The notes under the pieces were generated by a model. That model was not told the origin of the DNA, ran no database searches, and saw nothing but the letters and a program-made list of their open reading frames with translations. A stretch of DNA of 64,000 nt from Fidelibacterota bacterium. GTDB taxonomy: Bacteria > Fidelibacterota > SORT01. Both the position numbers and the translations under genes were made by a program. Positions 21,623 to 30,947 of this stretch are shown here, one piece after another. Positions within the stretch are counted from its first letter, which is position 1, and each line of letters opens with the position of its first letter. The stretch spans positions 18,663 to 82,662 of the forward strand of contig JACZYG010000009.1 of NCBI GenBank assembly GCA_022571215.1, read 5' to 3'.

Positions 21623-21837
21623 TTTAAATTATTGTTGAGATATTTTAACAAAAATCAAATCTCTTTGCAACCTTTATTTTTACTGTATTAAATAAGAATT
21701 CTGTTTGATTTCAAAAACTTTCTTTCACTCAATCAAATTTCCCTAATATCGTTATAATAGGTAATATTATTTCAGTTATGCGGTGCCAAGTCATCATTAC
21801 GGGCGAGGAATAATTCAAGTTCTCATATTCAAAAAAC

Positions 21838-21867
21838 TTGACTATTTGAGTCTCTGATTGGTATTAT
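21838..21867 (+). promoter_or_regulatory. Candidate sigma70-type promoter for the biotin-carboxylase operon
   Basis: TTGACT-18 nt-TATTAT, about 30 nt upstream of the 21899 start. Confidence 0.3.
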
Positions 21868-21898
21868 TTTCGATACCTTAAACTGAATATTTAAACCG

Positions 21899-23401
21899 AT
21901 GAAAATAAATAAGATACTTATAGCGAATCGCGGCGAAATAGCTCTCAGAATCCTTAGGACATGTAAAGAAATGAACATAAGGTCTACTGTCGTGTATTCC
22001 GACATTGACAGAACCTCATTGCATGTTTTATACGCGGAAGAGGCTTACTCGATCGGCGCTCCTCTTTCTTCAGAAAGTTATTTGCGGATAGATAAAATAA
22101 TTGATGTTGCCAAAACCGCGTCGGTTGATGCGATTCATCCGGGTTATGGGTTTCTTTCTGAAAACGCCGAATTCGCCGAAGCAGTTGCGAATAATAATAT
22201 GCTCTTCATCGGACCCTCTCCGGAAACTATCAAAACTTTAGGCGACAAGACCAAAGCAAAATCGTTAGCTTCAAGTTGCGGCGTGAATTCTGTTCCCGGC
22301 GCATCCGAGCCGATTGATTCTTTACAATCCGCGTTAGAGACCGCGGAAGAAATAGGTTTTCCGGTACTGCTCAAAGCCGCCTCGGGAGGAGGCGGTAAAG
22401 GTATGAGAATCGTTAACGATTCTTCTGCTATGGAAGAAATGCTCAGGATCGCCTCTTCAGAAGCGGAAAGCTCTTTTGGCGATTCTCGGATATTCATTGA
22501 AAAATATATTTCTTGTCCGCACCATATTGAGTTCCAAATTTTAGCCGATACTCACGGCAATACCGTTCATCTTGGTGATAGGGAATGCTCCGTTCAACGA
22601 CGTTATCAAAAGATTATGGAAGAATCCCCTTCACCTTTCATCACTGATGAAGTACGCTCTAAAATGGGAGCGCATGCTGTTGAAATCATGAAAGCGGCAA
22701 AATACACCGGTGCCGGAACGGTTGAATTTTTGGTGAATAGCGATATGGACTATTACTTTCTGGAGGTGAATACCCGACTCCAGGTGGAACATACAGTTAC
22801 AGAAATGAGAACCGGTATCGATCTCGTTAAAGAGCAAATCCGCATTGCTGAGGGAAACGAACTTTCATTCACGCAAGAGGAAATTATGTTCACCGGTCAT
22901 GCTATAGAATGCCGGATAACCTCGGAGGACACATCAAATGATTTTCTCCCTACAACGGGTAGAATCAGAAGCCTTTGTGAACCGGGGGGACCGGGAATAA
23001 GAATTGACAGCGGCGTTCGACAAGGATCAGAAATGTCTCCATATTATGACCCGTTGATGTCAAAATTAATTGTATGGGGCAGGAACAGGTCGGAATCAAT
23101 CGCCCGTTGCGATCGCGCTCTTTCAGAATATGTCATTTCGGGATTGCCTACTTCTATTCCGTTTTGTAAAAAAGTTTTGAAGCATAACAGTTTTCTTGAA
23201 GGGAATTACGACACAACTCTCTCGGATTCTTTGATGAAAAACGTTGCTCCCGCCGATCATGATCCTGAGCGAACCGCAGCCGCAATAGGGGCTGCCGCAT
23301 ACAAAGTAGACTCAAAACCAAAGAACTTCTCTAATGGAAATTCAACGAATGACAATGCTTCAGCGTGGAAAAGAAGCGGTCGGGAATCATCACTCCGTTG
23401 A
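21899..23401 (+). CDS. accC: Biotin carboxylase (ATP-grasp; AccC/PycA-type subunit)
   Basis: 500 aa; ATP-grasp and BC motifs (EMNIRSTVVYSD, GGGGKGMRIV, EVNTRLQVEHTVTE). Confidence 0.9.
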   Translation: MKINKILIANRGEIALRILRTCKEMNIRSTVVYSDIDRTSLHVLYAEEAYSIGAPLSSESYLRIDKIIDVAKTASVDAIHPGYGFLSENAEFAEAVANNNMLFIGPSPETIKTLGDKTKAKSLASSCGVNSVPGASEPIDSLQSALETAEEIGFPVLLKAASGGGGKGMRIVNDSSAMEEMLRIASSEAESSFGDSRIFIEKYISCPHHIEFQILADTHGNTVHLGDRECSVQRRYQKIMEESPSPFITDEVRSKMGAHAVEIMKAAKYTGAGTVEFLVNSDMDYYFLEVNTRLQVEHTVTEMRTGIDLVKEQIRIAEGNELSFTQEEIMFTGHAIECRITSEDTSNDFLPTTGRIRSLCEPGGPGIRIDSGVRQGSEMSPYYDPLMSKLIVWGRNRSESIARCDRALSEYVISGLPTSIPFCKKVLKHNSFLEGNYDTTLSDSLMKNVAPADHDPERTAAAIGAAAYKVDSKPKNFSNGNSTNDNASAWKRSGRESSLR

Positions 23402-23901
23402 AATACTTTTGCAAAATAAATGAGCATGAATTCCAGCTGTCGGTCAACCATGAAACCGATGAGATTCGCGTCCACGGTACAAAAGAGACAGCTGATATTG
23501 ACCTGGTTAAAATTGATGGAGGATTATATCACTTATTATTAGAAAATAAATCCTATCTTATATCGGTCAGTAATACAAATATGTATTTTAGAGCGTCCAT
23601 TGGCGGAGAAGAATACAATGTTGAGATCGAAGACAATATCAACAGACTTAAATCGAAGTATGGAGAAAAAGCGGAAGATGTTAATAATCTCGGAAAAGTT
23701 CATTCTCCCATGCCGGGACTTGTAGTTCATATTTATGTTTCAGTTGGTGATGAAGTACAGTTGAACACTCCTCTTTTAGCCCTTGAGGCGATGAAAATGG
23801 AAAATGAAATTATATCCCCTGCCAATGGTAAAATTACAGATATCAGCGTGACTACCGGTCAAAATATTTCTGCGGAAACCTTACTTATGACGATAGAATA
23901 A
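23365..23901 (+). CDS. Biotin carboxyl carrier protein (biotinyl domain)
   Basis: 178 aa; C-terminal biotinyl domain with EAMKMENEI (AMKM biotinylation site). The start may be the TTG at 23398, which overlaps the accC stop. Confidence 0.8.
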   Translation: MEKKRSGIITPLKYFCKINEHEFQLSVNHETDEIRVHGTKETADIDLVKIDGGLYHLLLENKSYLISVSNTNMYFRASIGGEEYNVEIEDNINRLKSKYGEKAEDVNNLGKVHSPMPGLVVHIYVSVGDEVQLNTPLLALEAMKMENEIISPANGKITDISVTTGQNISAETLLMTIE

Positions 23902-23903
23902 AA

Positions 23904-25463
23904 ATGCCTAAACGAACTGACAATAAGAAAGCGTTCTACAAAGCTGAAAAAGATTCTCAAGACTACGATTCCAATCTTGGAGACCCCGGCAGCCCTCCCT
24001 TCACCAGAGGAATCTATGAGGAGATGTACCGTAAACGCCATTGGACAATGCGTCAATACGCCGGATATGCGTCCGCGGAAGAATCGAATCGCCGCTATAA
24101 ATATCTCCTTGAACAGGGTAATACAGGTCTATCGGTGGCATTCGATCTGCCGACCCAAATAGGATATGATTCTGATAACTCGAAAGCTGTAGGAGAGGTC
24201 GGAAGAGTCGGCGTGGCGATTGACAGCATTCTCGACATGGATGTTTTATTTAAGGGCATTGACCTTGAAAAAGTTTCAACATCCATGACTATCAACGCAA
24301 CTGCTCCGATTATTCTCGCGCTTTATGCTGCCGTTGCGGAATCAAGAGGTTCCGACAGCTCCCTTTTATCAGGCACTATTCAGAACGATATATTAAAAGA
24401 ATATATAGCGAGAGGAACTTACATCTATCCGCCTGCGGAAAGCCTAAGGCTTATCACCGATTTGTTTGCTTATTGCTCACAGAATATGCCTAATTGGAAC
24501 AGCATATCTATTTCGGGTTACCATATCAGAGAAGCCGGTTCAACCGCAATACAGGAACTTGCTTTCACTTTCGCAAATGCCATCGCTTACTCGGACGCTG
24601 CGATAAATGCGGGGCTTGAATTTGACTCGTTTGCTCCCCGTATCTCTTTCTTTTTCAATTGCCACAACGATTTTTTTGAAGAAGTGGCAAAGTTCAGGGC
24701 GTCACGCCGCATCTGGTATCGAATTGCGAAAGAACGGTTCAAATCAAAGAACCCTAAAAGTATGGCGCTGCGGTTCCATACTCAGACAGCCGGTTCAACT
24801 CTCACCGCTCAGCAACCGTACGTGAATATCGCCCGGACAACATTGCAAGCTCTATCTGCCGTGCTTGGCGGCACTCAGTCGCTGCATACAAATTCTTTCG
24901 ATGAGGCTCTTGCTCTTCCGACTGAGGCGTCTGTCAGAATAGCGCTGCGTTCCCAGCAGGTTATAGCGTATGAGAGTGGAGTGGATAAAGTCGCCGATCC
25001 TTTAGGCGGCTCGTGGTACATAGAGCGATTGACCGATGAGATAGAAACAGGCGTTTTCGAATACCTTGAGATAATCGATGGGATGGGAGGAGCGTTGAAT
25101 GCGATAGAAAAAGGCTATATTCAAGATGAGATAGCGGCCAGCGCGTATAAGTATCAACAAGCCATTGAAGACGGCTCCCAGATTATCGTAGGCGTCAATT
25201 CTTTTCAATCGGACGATTCCGTGAAACCTCAGACGTTGGAGATAGATCCGAAAATTGCTGAAATTCAAGCCGAGAAATTAACAACTTTGAAAAAAGAACG
25301 AAATTCGTCAGCCGTGGAAAGATCACTCTCCGAACTCTCCCGGGTAGCCGAAGGGACCGAGAATACGATGCCGATAATTTTTGATTGTGTAAAATTGAAA
25401 GCCACTTTAGGTGAGATTTCTGATGCGCTTAGGAAAGTATTCGGTGAATACAGACCACGCTAA
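23904..25463 (+). CDS. Methylmalonyl-CoA mutase family, large subunit N-terminal catalytic domain only (no B12 domain)
   Basis: 519 aa; [57 protein letters not shown] is the acyl-CoA mutase TIM-barrel signature. It ends near the linker (VFGEYRPR) without the C-terminal Rossmann B12 domain. Confidence 0.85.
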   Translation: MPKRTDNKKAFYKAEKDSQDYDSNLGDPGSPPFTRGIYEEMYRKRHWTMRQYAGYASAEESNRRYKYLLEQGNTGLSVAFDLPTQIGYDSDNSKAVGEVGRVGVAIDSILDMDVLFKGIDLEKVSTSMTINATAPIILALYAAVAESRGSDSSLLSGTIQNDILKEYIARGTYIYPPAESLRLITDLFAYCSQNMPNWNSISISGYHIREAGSTAIQELAFTFANAIAYSDAAINAGLEFDSFAPRISFFFNCHNDFFEEVAKFRASRRIWYRIAKERFKSKNPKSMALRFHTQTAGSTLTAQQPYVNIARTTLQALSAVLGGTQSLHTNSFDEALALPTEASVRIALRSQQVIAYESGVDKVADPLGGSWYIERLTDEIETGVFEYLEIIDGMGGALNAIEKGYIQDEIAASAYKYQQAIEDGSQIIVGVNSFQSDDSVKPQTLEIDPKIAEIQAEKLTTLKKERNSSAVERSLSELSRVAEGTENTMPIIFDCVKLKATLGEISDALRKVFGEYRPR

Positions 25464-25466
25464 ATC

Positions 25467-26219
25467 ATGCCATCAACTTTAACACTCGGAACTCCGCTGA
25501 TTCATTTTGACACTGTTGATTCAACCAACAGAGCCGCGCTCAGAGCGGCATCTGAAGATGCCGCCGAAGGGACTCTATTTGTTGCGGACGCGCAAACCGC
25601 CGGTAGAGGAAGGCACTCAAGGGAATGGTACTCTCCCCCCGGACTTGGTTTATATTTTTCTGTACTGTTGCATCCTAAGATTAGCGCCTTGGAAGCAAAT
25701 AATTTAGTGCTGCAATCTGCCGTAGCCGTGTGCGACGCTATAGAGGAATTATATGACTATGCAGTGGGTATCAAATGGCCTAACGACATTTACTCCGGGA
25801 ATAGAAAACTCGGCGGTATTCTGCTTGAAACAACAATTACGGGTGATACCATCGAAAACGCCGTTATCGGCATAGGGCTGAATATGAGGCATTCGATTGA
25901 AGACTTTCCAGTTGAATTACGCTCTGAAGCCACCTCTCTTAAAGAAGTGACCGGCAAAGATATTACCGATACACTTTTAATCGAACGGATACTGTCTATT
26001 TACGGAGACTATTACTATAAGAGAGAGGAATGCGGTATTGACAAGTGGATTAAGAGATGTATTCATATGAAAAAACAGATTAAAATTAATCATAACGGTA
26101 TGGTTTTACAAGGCAGTTTCAGCGAAGTTTCACCTGATCTTTCGTTCACGCTCAAGGACGAGTTCGGACATGAGAATAAGATAGAATACGGAGAAATTTC
26201 TCTGGATATGGAGGTTTAA
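25467..26219 (+). CDS. birA: Biotin-protein ligase BirA (catalytic domain; no N-terminal HTH)
   Basis: 250 aa; GRGRHSREWYSPPGLGLYFS biotin-binding loop. Confidence 0.85.
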   Translation: MPSTLTLGTPLIHFDTVDSTNRAALRAASEDAAEGTLFVADAQTAGRGRHSREWYSPPGLGLYFSVLLHPKISALEANNLVLQSAVAVCDAIEELYDYAVGIKWPNDIYSGNRKLGGILLETTITGDTIENAVIGIGLNMRHSIEDFPVELRSEATSLKEVTGKDITDTLLIERILSIYGDYYYKREECGIDKWIKRCIHMKKQIKINHNGMVLQGSFSEVSPDLSFTLKDEFGHENKIEYGEISLDMEV

Positions 26220-26223
26220 ACAG

Positions 26224-26994
26224 ATGATTCTTGCTATGGATATCGGCAATACCGACACTACATTGGGGCTTTTCTCCAATGAAAAACTAATATATGACTG
26301 GCGCACCACAAGCGGACTTTCCCGTACATCTGATGAATATGGGGTCTTGATAAATTCGTTCATTTCTCAGGCGAAAACCACAGCTGATGACCTTTCGGGA
26401 GTGATTATATCTTCGGTCGTCCCTTCATTGACGGCTGTCATTGCTCACATGTCGGAAAAATATTTGCACCAAACCGCGCTGATCGTTTCGAGCAAATTAG
26501 ATCTAGGAATCCCGATTCTAATTGATGACCCCGAACAGTTGGGAGCCGACCGCATCTGTAATGCTGTTGCCGGAATAAGAGATTATGATACTCCGCTGGT
26601 GGTTGTAGATTTCGGCACTGCCACTACGTTTGACGTTATTTCATCAAAGGGAGAGTACCTTGGAGGGATAATTGCTCCCGGTGTTGAAACCTCCGCAAAT
26701 GATCTCTTCCGCAGAGCGGCGAAACTTCCTAAAATCGATTTTCTTTTTCCTGAAAACATAATAGGTAAAAACAGTACCCATTCAATGCAGTCAGGAATCA
26801 TGAACGGCGCGGTCGCCGTAGTTGATTTTATGATTTCCGCTATTGAAAAGGAGATGGGAGAAAAAATGAACAGCGTCTCTACAGGCGGATTTGCGCATCT
26901 GATAACTCCGAAATGCGCCAGCGTCAATGAAATAAACCCTCATCTTACGTTAGAGGGTTTGAACTATATATACGATATCGTCAGCAATAAATGA
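26224..26994 (+). CDS. coaX: Type III pantothenate kinase
   Basis: 256 aa; MILAMDIGNTDT ASKHA N-terminus, Baf/CoaX family. The birA-coaX linkage is well known. Confidence 0.9.
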   Translation: MILAMDIGNTDTTLGLFSNEKLIYDWRTTSGLSRTSDEYGVLINSFISQAKTTADDLSGVIISSVVPSLTAVIAHMSEKYLHQTALIVSSKLDLGIPILIDDPEQLGADRICNAVAGIRDYDTPLVVVDFGTATTFDVISSKGEYLGGIIAPGVETSANDLFRRAAKLPKIDFLFPENIIGKNSTHSMQSGIMNGAVAVVDFMISAIEKEMGEKMNSVSTGGFAHLITPKCASVNEINPHLTLEGLNYIYDIVSNK

Positions 26995-27009
26995 GAGGGA
27001 GAAGATAAT

Positions 27010-27825
27010 TTGAAGATAGCATTGGTGCAGCAATCTGCCGGTGATGATTTAGATGACAATCTTAAAAAGGGTCTAACCGCAATGGATGAAGCAGCTTCAA
27101 ACGGAGCCGAACTCGTAGCATACGCCGAACTTGCTTTTGAACCGTTTTATCCTCGACGACATTCCGATGGCAACCATCTAACGCTTGCTCAAACCATTCC
27201 GGGTAAATTCACCGATAAATTCTGTGAGAAGGCGAAAGAACTCGGAGTTGTCGTCGTGTTGAACCTTTTTGAGAAAGATGGAAACTCAACTTATGATTCC
27301 TCGCCTGTGATTGACAGTGACGGCGCCATACTCGGAGTTACCCGCATGATGCATATTACCGATTATGCGAATTTTCATGAACAGGATTATTATACGCCCT
27401 CTTCAGATATTCCTCCGGTATATGATACGTCTGTCGGGAAAATAGGAGTGGCGATCTGTTATGACAGGCATTATCCGGAGGTCATGCGTTCTCTCAGGCT
27501 TCAGGGAGCCGAACTCGTAGTCATCCCGCAGGCGGGCACTGTAGGAGAATGGCCCGACGGATTGTACCAGGCAGAGGTTCAAGTCGCTTCTTTTCAAAAC
27601 GGATATTATGCCGCGCTCGTCAATAGACTCGGAATTGAGGGGAATCTGCATTTTGCGGGAGAATCATTCGTTACCGCGCCGGATGGAAAAGTTATCTCCT
27701 CAGCGCCTTCAGGTGAAGAGGCGATAATTTATGCTGACTTGGATTTTTCCCGATTAAGCGAAAGTCACGCATCCCGTTATTTTCTTAAAGACAGGCGACC
27801 GGGAAGTTACTCTTCTATAAGTTGA
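27010..27825 (+). CDS. Carbon-nitrogen hydrolase family protein (nitrilase/amidase superfamily)
   Basis: 271 aa; TTG start; E-K-C catalytic triad context (YAELAFEPFYP; IGVAICYDRHYPE). Confidence 0.85.
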   Translation: MKIALVQQSAGDDLDDNLKKGLTAMDEAASNGAELVAYAELAFEPFYPRRHSDGNHLTLAQTIPGKFTDKFCEKAKELGVVVVLNLFEKDGNSTYDSSPVIDSDGAILGVTRMMHITDYANFHEQDYYTPSSDIPPVYDTSVGKIGVAICYDRHYPEVMRSLRLQGAELVVIPQAGTVGEWPDGLYQAEVQVASFQNGYYAALVNRLGIEGNLHFAGESFVTAPDGKVISSAPSGEEAIIYADLDFSRLSESHASRYFLKDRRPGSYSSIS

Positions 27826-27833
27826 TTGATAAA

Positions 27834-28283
27834 TTAATTTAAAGTTGTATCAACTTCATTTTCACTGCCATCAGTATCAATGATTCTAAATCGCTTTGAT
27901 TTCAATATCTTGCCGTCTGCGGAAACAACGTCCACTCTCCATGCCCCTGTCCAATCTTCTTGAATAACTTTTGTTGACCAGGTTCTCCATCTATACCCCC
28001 GGACATTAAGCTGAACATCCGCTCTACGGATCTCGCCATGGTACCAGACATGACTGACGGTGGTGGAATCACCCATCCCGCGTATTTCCGTATAGCAAAA
28101 TAGTGTTCCGACGCTGTCCGGAAAAGTATCTGATTCGCCCACAGGTCGTCGTTCTTCCACAGCGGTACTGACAACGATTCTTTCTACTTTTAAAACAGTC
28201 TGTGCTCCAATTTCACTCATATTGGATAATATCAGCAAAGTTGTCAGGCATGAATACTTCATGATATTTAATTTTGTGACCAT
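27834..28283 (-). CDS. Secreted hypothetical protein (possibly DUF2914-like)
   Basis: 149 aa; signal peptide; small beta-rich domain with VWYHGE and a W-rich motif. The domain assignment is from memory only. Confidence 0.4.
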   Translation of the reverse strand: MVTKLNIMKYSCLTTLLILSNMSEIGAQTVLKVERIVVSTAVEERRPVGESDTFPDSVGTLFCYTEIRGMGDSTTVSHVWYHGEIRRADVQLNVRGYRWRTWSTKVIQEDWTGAWRVDVVSADGKILKSKRFRIIDTDGSENEVDTTLN

Positions 28284-28305
28284 CTCTCGAATATAATTTA
28301 TAAAG

Positions 28306-29013
28306 TTAATTCAAATTTGCAATAGTCTTAAACTCTGCGCTGCTCGGAAGCGTATCGAACACCCAATCGGCGCCCGCCGATTTAAGCATGCTTTTTTCTT
28401 TGTCTCCGTCGCGGCGAGCGATTCCGACTGCTCTATAATTGTTAACGAGCGCGCATCGAATATCGTGGATGGTATCTCCTACTACAAATACGTTTTCGTT
28501 CTGAAACTCTACGTTCCAGTCTTTCTCCGCGCGACCGACAGCGATTGGAGGAAGCTTGTCCCTATCCGGATCATCACTCGCAAATGCTCCTACGGGGAAA
28601 AACCGTTCAAGACCGAAAGGAGTCAACTTAATCATCGCTGAACGTTTCATATTACCTGTTACCAATCCGAGATAAATGTTTTTCTCCTCCGAGAGTTCCT
28701 TCAAAAGATTTCCAACCTCATCATATATTTTCTTATCTGCGGCGGCTTTATACCTTTCCTCAAGTCGCTCATAATAAATCGGAAAGAATTTGTCAATAGC
28801 GTCATTTAATTCAATTCCTTCTATCCCGGCTCTTTGAAGCATATCTTTTAATATTAGAGGATCGGTAAAGCCCGCTACATGCTGAACCTCGAGCGGTATC
28901 TTTTTGCCCGTCAATTCAGTTACAATCTCAACGAAAAGTCTGCGGGCAGTTATTCCGGGGGAAATCAGTGTTCCGTCAATATCAAAGAGAAAAAGAGCTT
29001 TATTGCTATTCAA
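28306..29013 (-). CDS. HAD-superfamily hydrolase
   Basis: 235 aa; motif I FLFDIDGTL; motif III/IV GDTIHD. Confidence 0.8.
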   Translation of the reverse strand: MNSNKALFLFDIDGTLISPGITARRLFVEIVTELTGKKIPLEVQHVAGFTDPLILKDMLQRAGIEGIELNDAIDKFFPIYYERLEERYKAAADKKIYDEVGNLLKELSEEKNIYLGLVTGNMKRSAMIKLTPFGLERFFPVGAFASDDPDRDKLPPIAVGRAEKDWNVEFQNENVFVVGDTIHDIRCALVNNYRAVGIARRDGDKEKSMLKSAGADWVFDTLPSSAEFKTIANLN

Positions 29014-29050
29014 TTCGTAAAATTTTCTAAGATGCGAGTGTTATTCCTGC

Positions 29051-29461
29051 TCAGACCTTATGACCGCATACACCGCAAAAACCAGCTTTTCTAAACAACG
29101 CTGAACCGCATTCTTGACAATAACCTTCCTGTTCGGCTTCGGGCACATTATATTCCGGTTGCAATACGGGTCGTTTTTTTTCTCCGTTTAACGATTCAAG
29201 ATGCTTCATCTTCTCCATCGCCTTTTCCCTATAACTTGTTGTGAGTTCATCGAAGTCCGATTCACTTATCTTTCCCATATGAAAATCAAGTTCTATATCT
29301 TTGATTTCCCGAAAGAGCGCTCTTTTTTCTCTTTGCAATTCACTCACCGCAATTTCTTTATCATCGCGTCCGATATTAAATAATTGCTTCTTATTCAATA
29401 TCGGTTGAAGCAGCAATCCCCCGACTAAGAGAACTATTACCCCCATTATTAGTTCAATCAA
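29051..29461 (-). CDS. Membrane-anchored coiled-coil protein with a C-terminal zinc ribbon
   Basis: 136 aa; N-terminal TM, charged coiled coil, C-terminal CQECGSALFRKAGFCGVCGHK (CxxC...CxxC). Confidence 0.5.
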   Translation of the reverse strand: MIELIMGVIVLLVGGLLLQPILNKKQLFNIGRDDKEIAVSELQREKRALFREIKDIELDFHMGKISESDFDELTTSYREKAMEKMKHLESLNGEKKRPVLQPEYNVPEAEQEGYCQECGSALFRKAGFCGVCGHKV

Positions 29462-29472
29462 TTCTTATTCCG

Positions 29473-29946
29473 TCAAAAAGTATCAAGTTCATCATCAAGT
29501 TCTCGGGAATATTTATTGCTCTCTTTTTCTGTGATAGGAGATTTTTGCATCTCAGCGGTCAGTGTGTTGTCTTTCCAACGTTTTAAAACAACCAATATCA
29601 CAATTCCAAATCCCAATACCGCGAATATTGGAACTAACCATGCGGATAGATAAAATCCTTCCGCCTTAGGAGCAGCCAATACCCTTTCACCATAGGTTTC
29701 TATGAAACTCAATACTATCGCGTCAGAGTCCATCCCCTTCTTGATCAGTTCGTCCACTTCGTTCCGCATCTTTTCTGCCGTGCCACAGGAGCATGAATAC
29801 AAAACTAAGTTTGGACAGGTCCCACACTGACAAGTCAACTTACTTGTTATATCCTTCAATGAGGGTTTTGTTTGACTAATCACAACTGTTGAGAGGTTAA
29901 GCCCGATGATCAAACTTAATATCGTTATTTTTATCATTCTTTTCAT
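29473..29946 (-). CDS. CcmH/NrfF-like cytochrome c biogenesis protein
   Basis: The ORF runs to 30042, but the likely start is the internal Met (MKRMIKITILSL signal peptide). It has a Cys motif segment LTCQCGTCPNLVLYSCSCGTAEKMRNEVDELIKKGMSDDAIVLSFIETYGERVLAAPK and a C-terminal TM, the same architecture as CcmH. Confidence 0.6.
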   Translation of the reverse strand: MKRMIKITILSLIIGLNLSTVVISQTKPSLKDITSKLTCQCGTCPNLVLYSCSCGTAEKMRNEVDELIKKGMDSDAIVLSFIETYGERVLAAPKAEGFYLSAWLVPIFAVLGFGIVILVVLKRWKDNTLTAEMQKSPITEKESNKYSRELDDELDTF

Positions 29947-29995
29947 TTGTTTCCTTTCACCGATAAAATAACTATCCTGAACTCCTTTTACAATC

Positions 29996-30916
29996 TCAAT
30001 TCTGACGAAGTGAGTTCCCGCATTTCGGGCAGAAGTAAGCATCCTTCTCTACCTTCCCGCCACAATTATTACAAAAATTCGGTCTCCTGTCGGACCTGTA
30101 AACTATTTTCTCAGACGGTTCGTTTGCGTTCTTATGAGCCGCATGTGTCTTTCTCTTGGCTCCGGCTCGCTGCACTTTGCTGCGTTTTTTAGCGCTTTTC
30201 CCAAAATAGGAATAAACCATTAAACCGACCAGGAAAATCAGGACTCCTGTGGAAATAATCGTATATACATCTGTGCTTTTTTCTGATTTTTCAAGTTTTT
30301 CTAACGAGCTTTCCAAACTTGATTTAAAATAACTGACGCTCACGTTTTTCGTTTCGCCCGCTGCCAAGCTGCCGGCAGATACTTGAGAATGCGTTATCCC
30401 CTTTTCGTCCTTATATTCTTGAAAGCTTATTGGAGTGGTTTGAAAGTCAAATGCTCCTATCGGCTGTTGAACCTCATACGAAAAATTACTAACCTGGTAA
30501 TATGTTTTATAAGAGTAGCTGAACACTTTATCGTTCACTCCGGGTGTGAATGGATTGAAATAATACTCTAAGTGAAAATTACGTTCTTTCAGCACAAATG
30601 ACACGTAGGTCCCCTTATCATCAACCTTAATTTCAAAAGGATCGTGAATATGCGCTCCCGTCAGTGTCACAGAAGCTACATGAGGATCTACGGTTCCCGG
30701 CAGAATATTAAAACGTATCTCTGCGGGCAGTTGCACGTCACCGGATACGCTCCCCCTATACATAACAAGGACCTGACTGTTATCATACTCGGGCCAGAGC
30801 GATATTGCTAATTTGGAAATGGAGATTTTTTTCTCTTGAGGGAACGAAACGTTTGCAGATAGCAAAACCATTAAAAACATGATCGGTCGAATTATAATCA
30901 TCTGTCTGAACACCAA
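29996..30916 (-). CDS. Membrane protein: extracytoplasmic beta-rich domain, one TM, cytoplasmic C-terminal zinc ribbon
   Basis: 306 aa; signal/anchor, beta-rich ectodomain, TM (VYTIISTGVLIFLVGLMVYSYF), a basic stretch, then CNNCGGKVEKDAYFCPKCG. Confidence 0.5.
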   Translation of the reverse strand: MVFRQMIIIRPIMFLMVLLSANVSFPQEKKISISKLAISLWPEYDNSQVLVMYRGSVSGDVQLPAEIRFNILPGTVDPHVASVTLTGAHIHDPFEIKVDDKGTYVSFVLKERNFHLEYYFNPFTPGVNDKVFSYSYKTYYQVSNFSYEVQQPIGAFDFQTTPISFQEYKDEKGITHSQVSAGSLAAGETKNVSVSYFKSSLESSLEKLEKSEKSTDVYTIISTGVLIFLVGLMVYSYFGKSAKKRSKVQRAGAKRKTHAAHKNANEPSEKIVYRSDRRPNFCNNCGGKVEKDAYFCPKCGNSLRQN

Positions 30917-30947
30917 TATATACTATTGAAAATTTTCTTTATCACTC

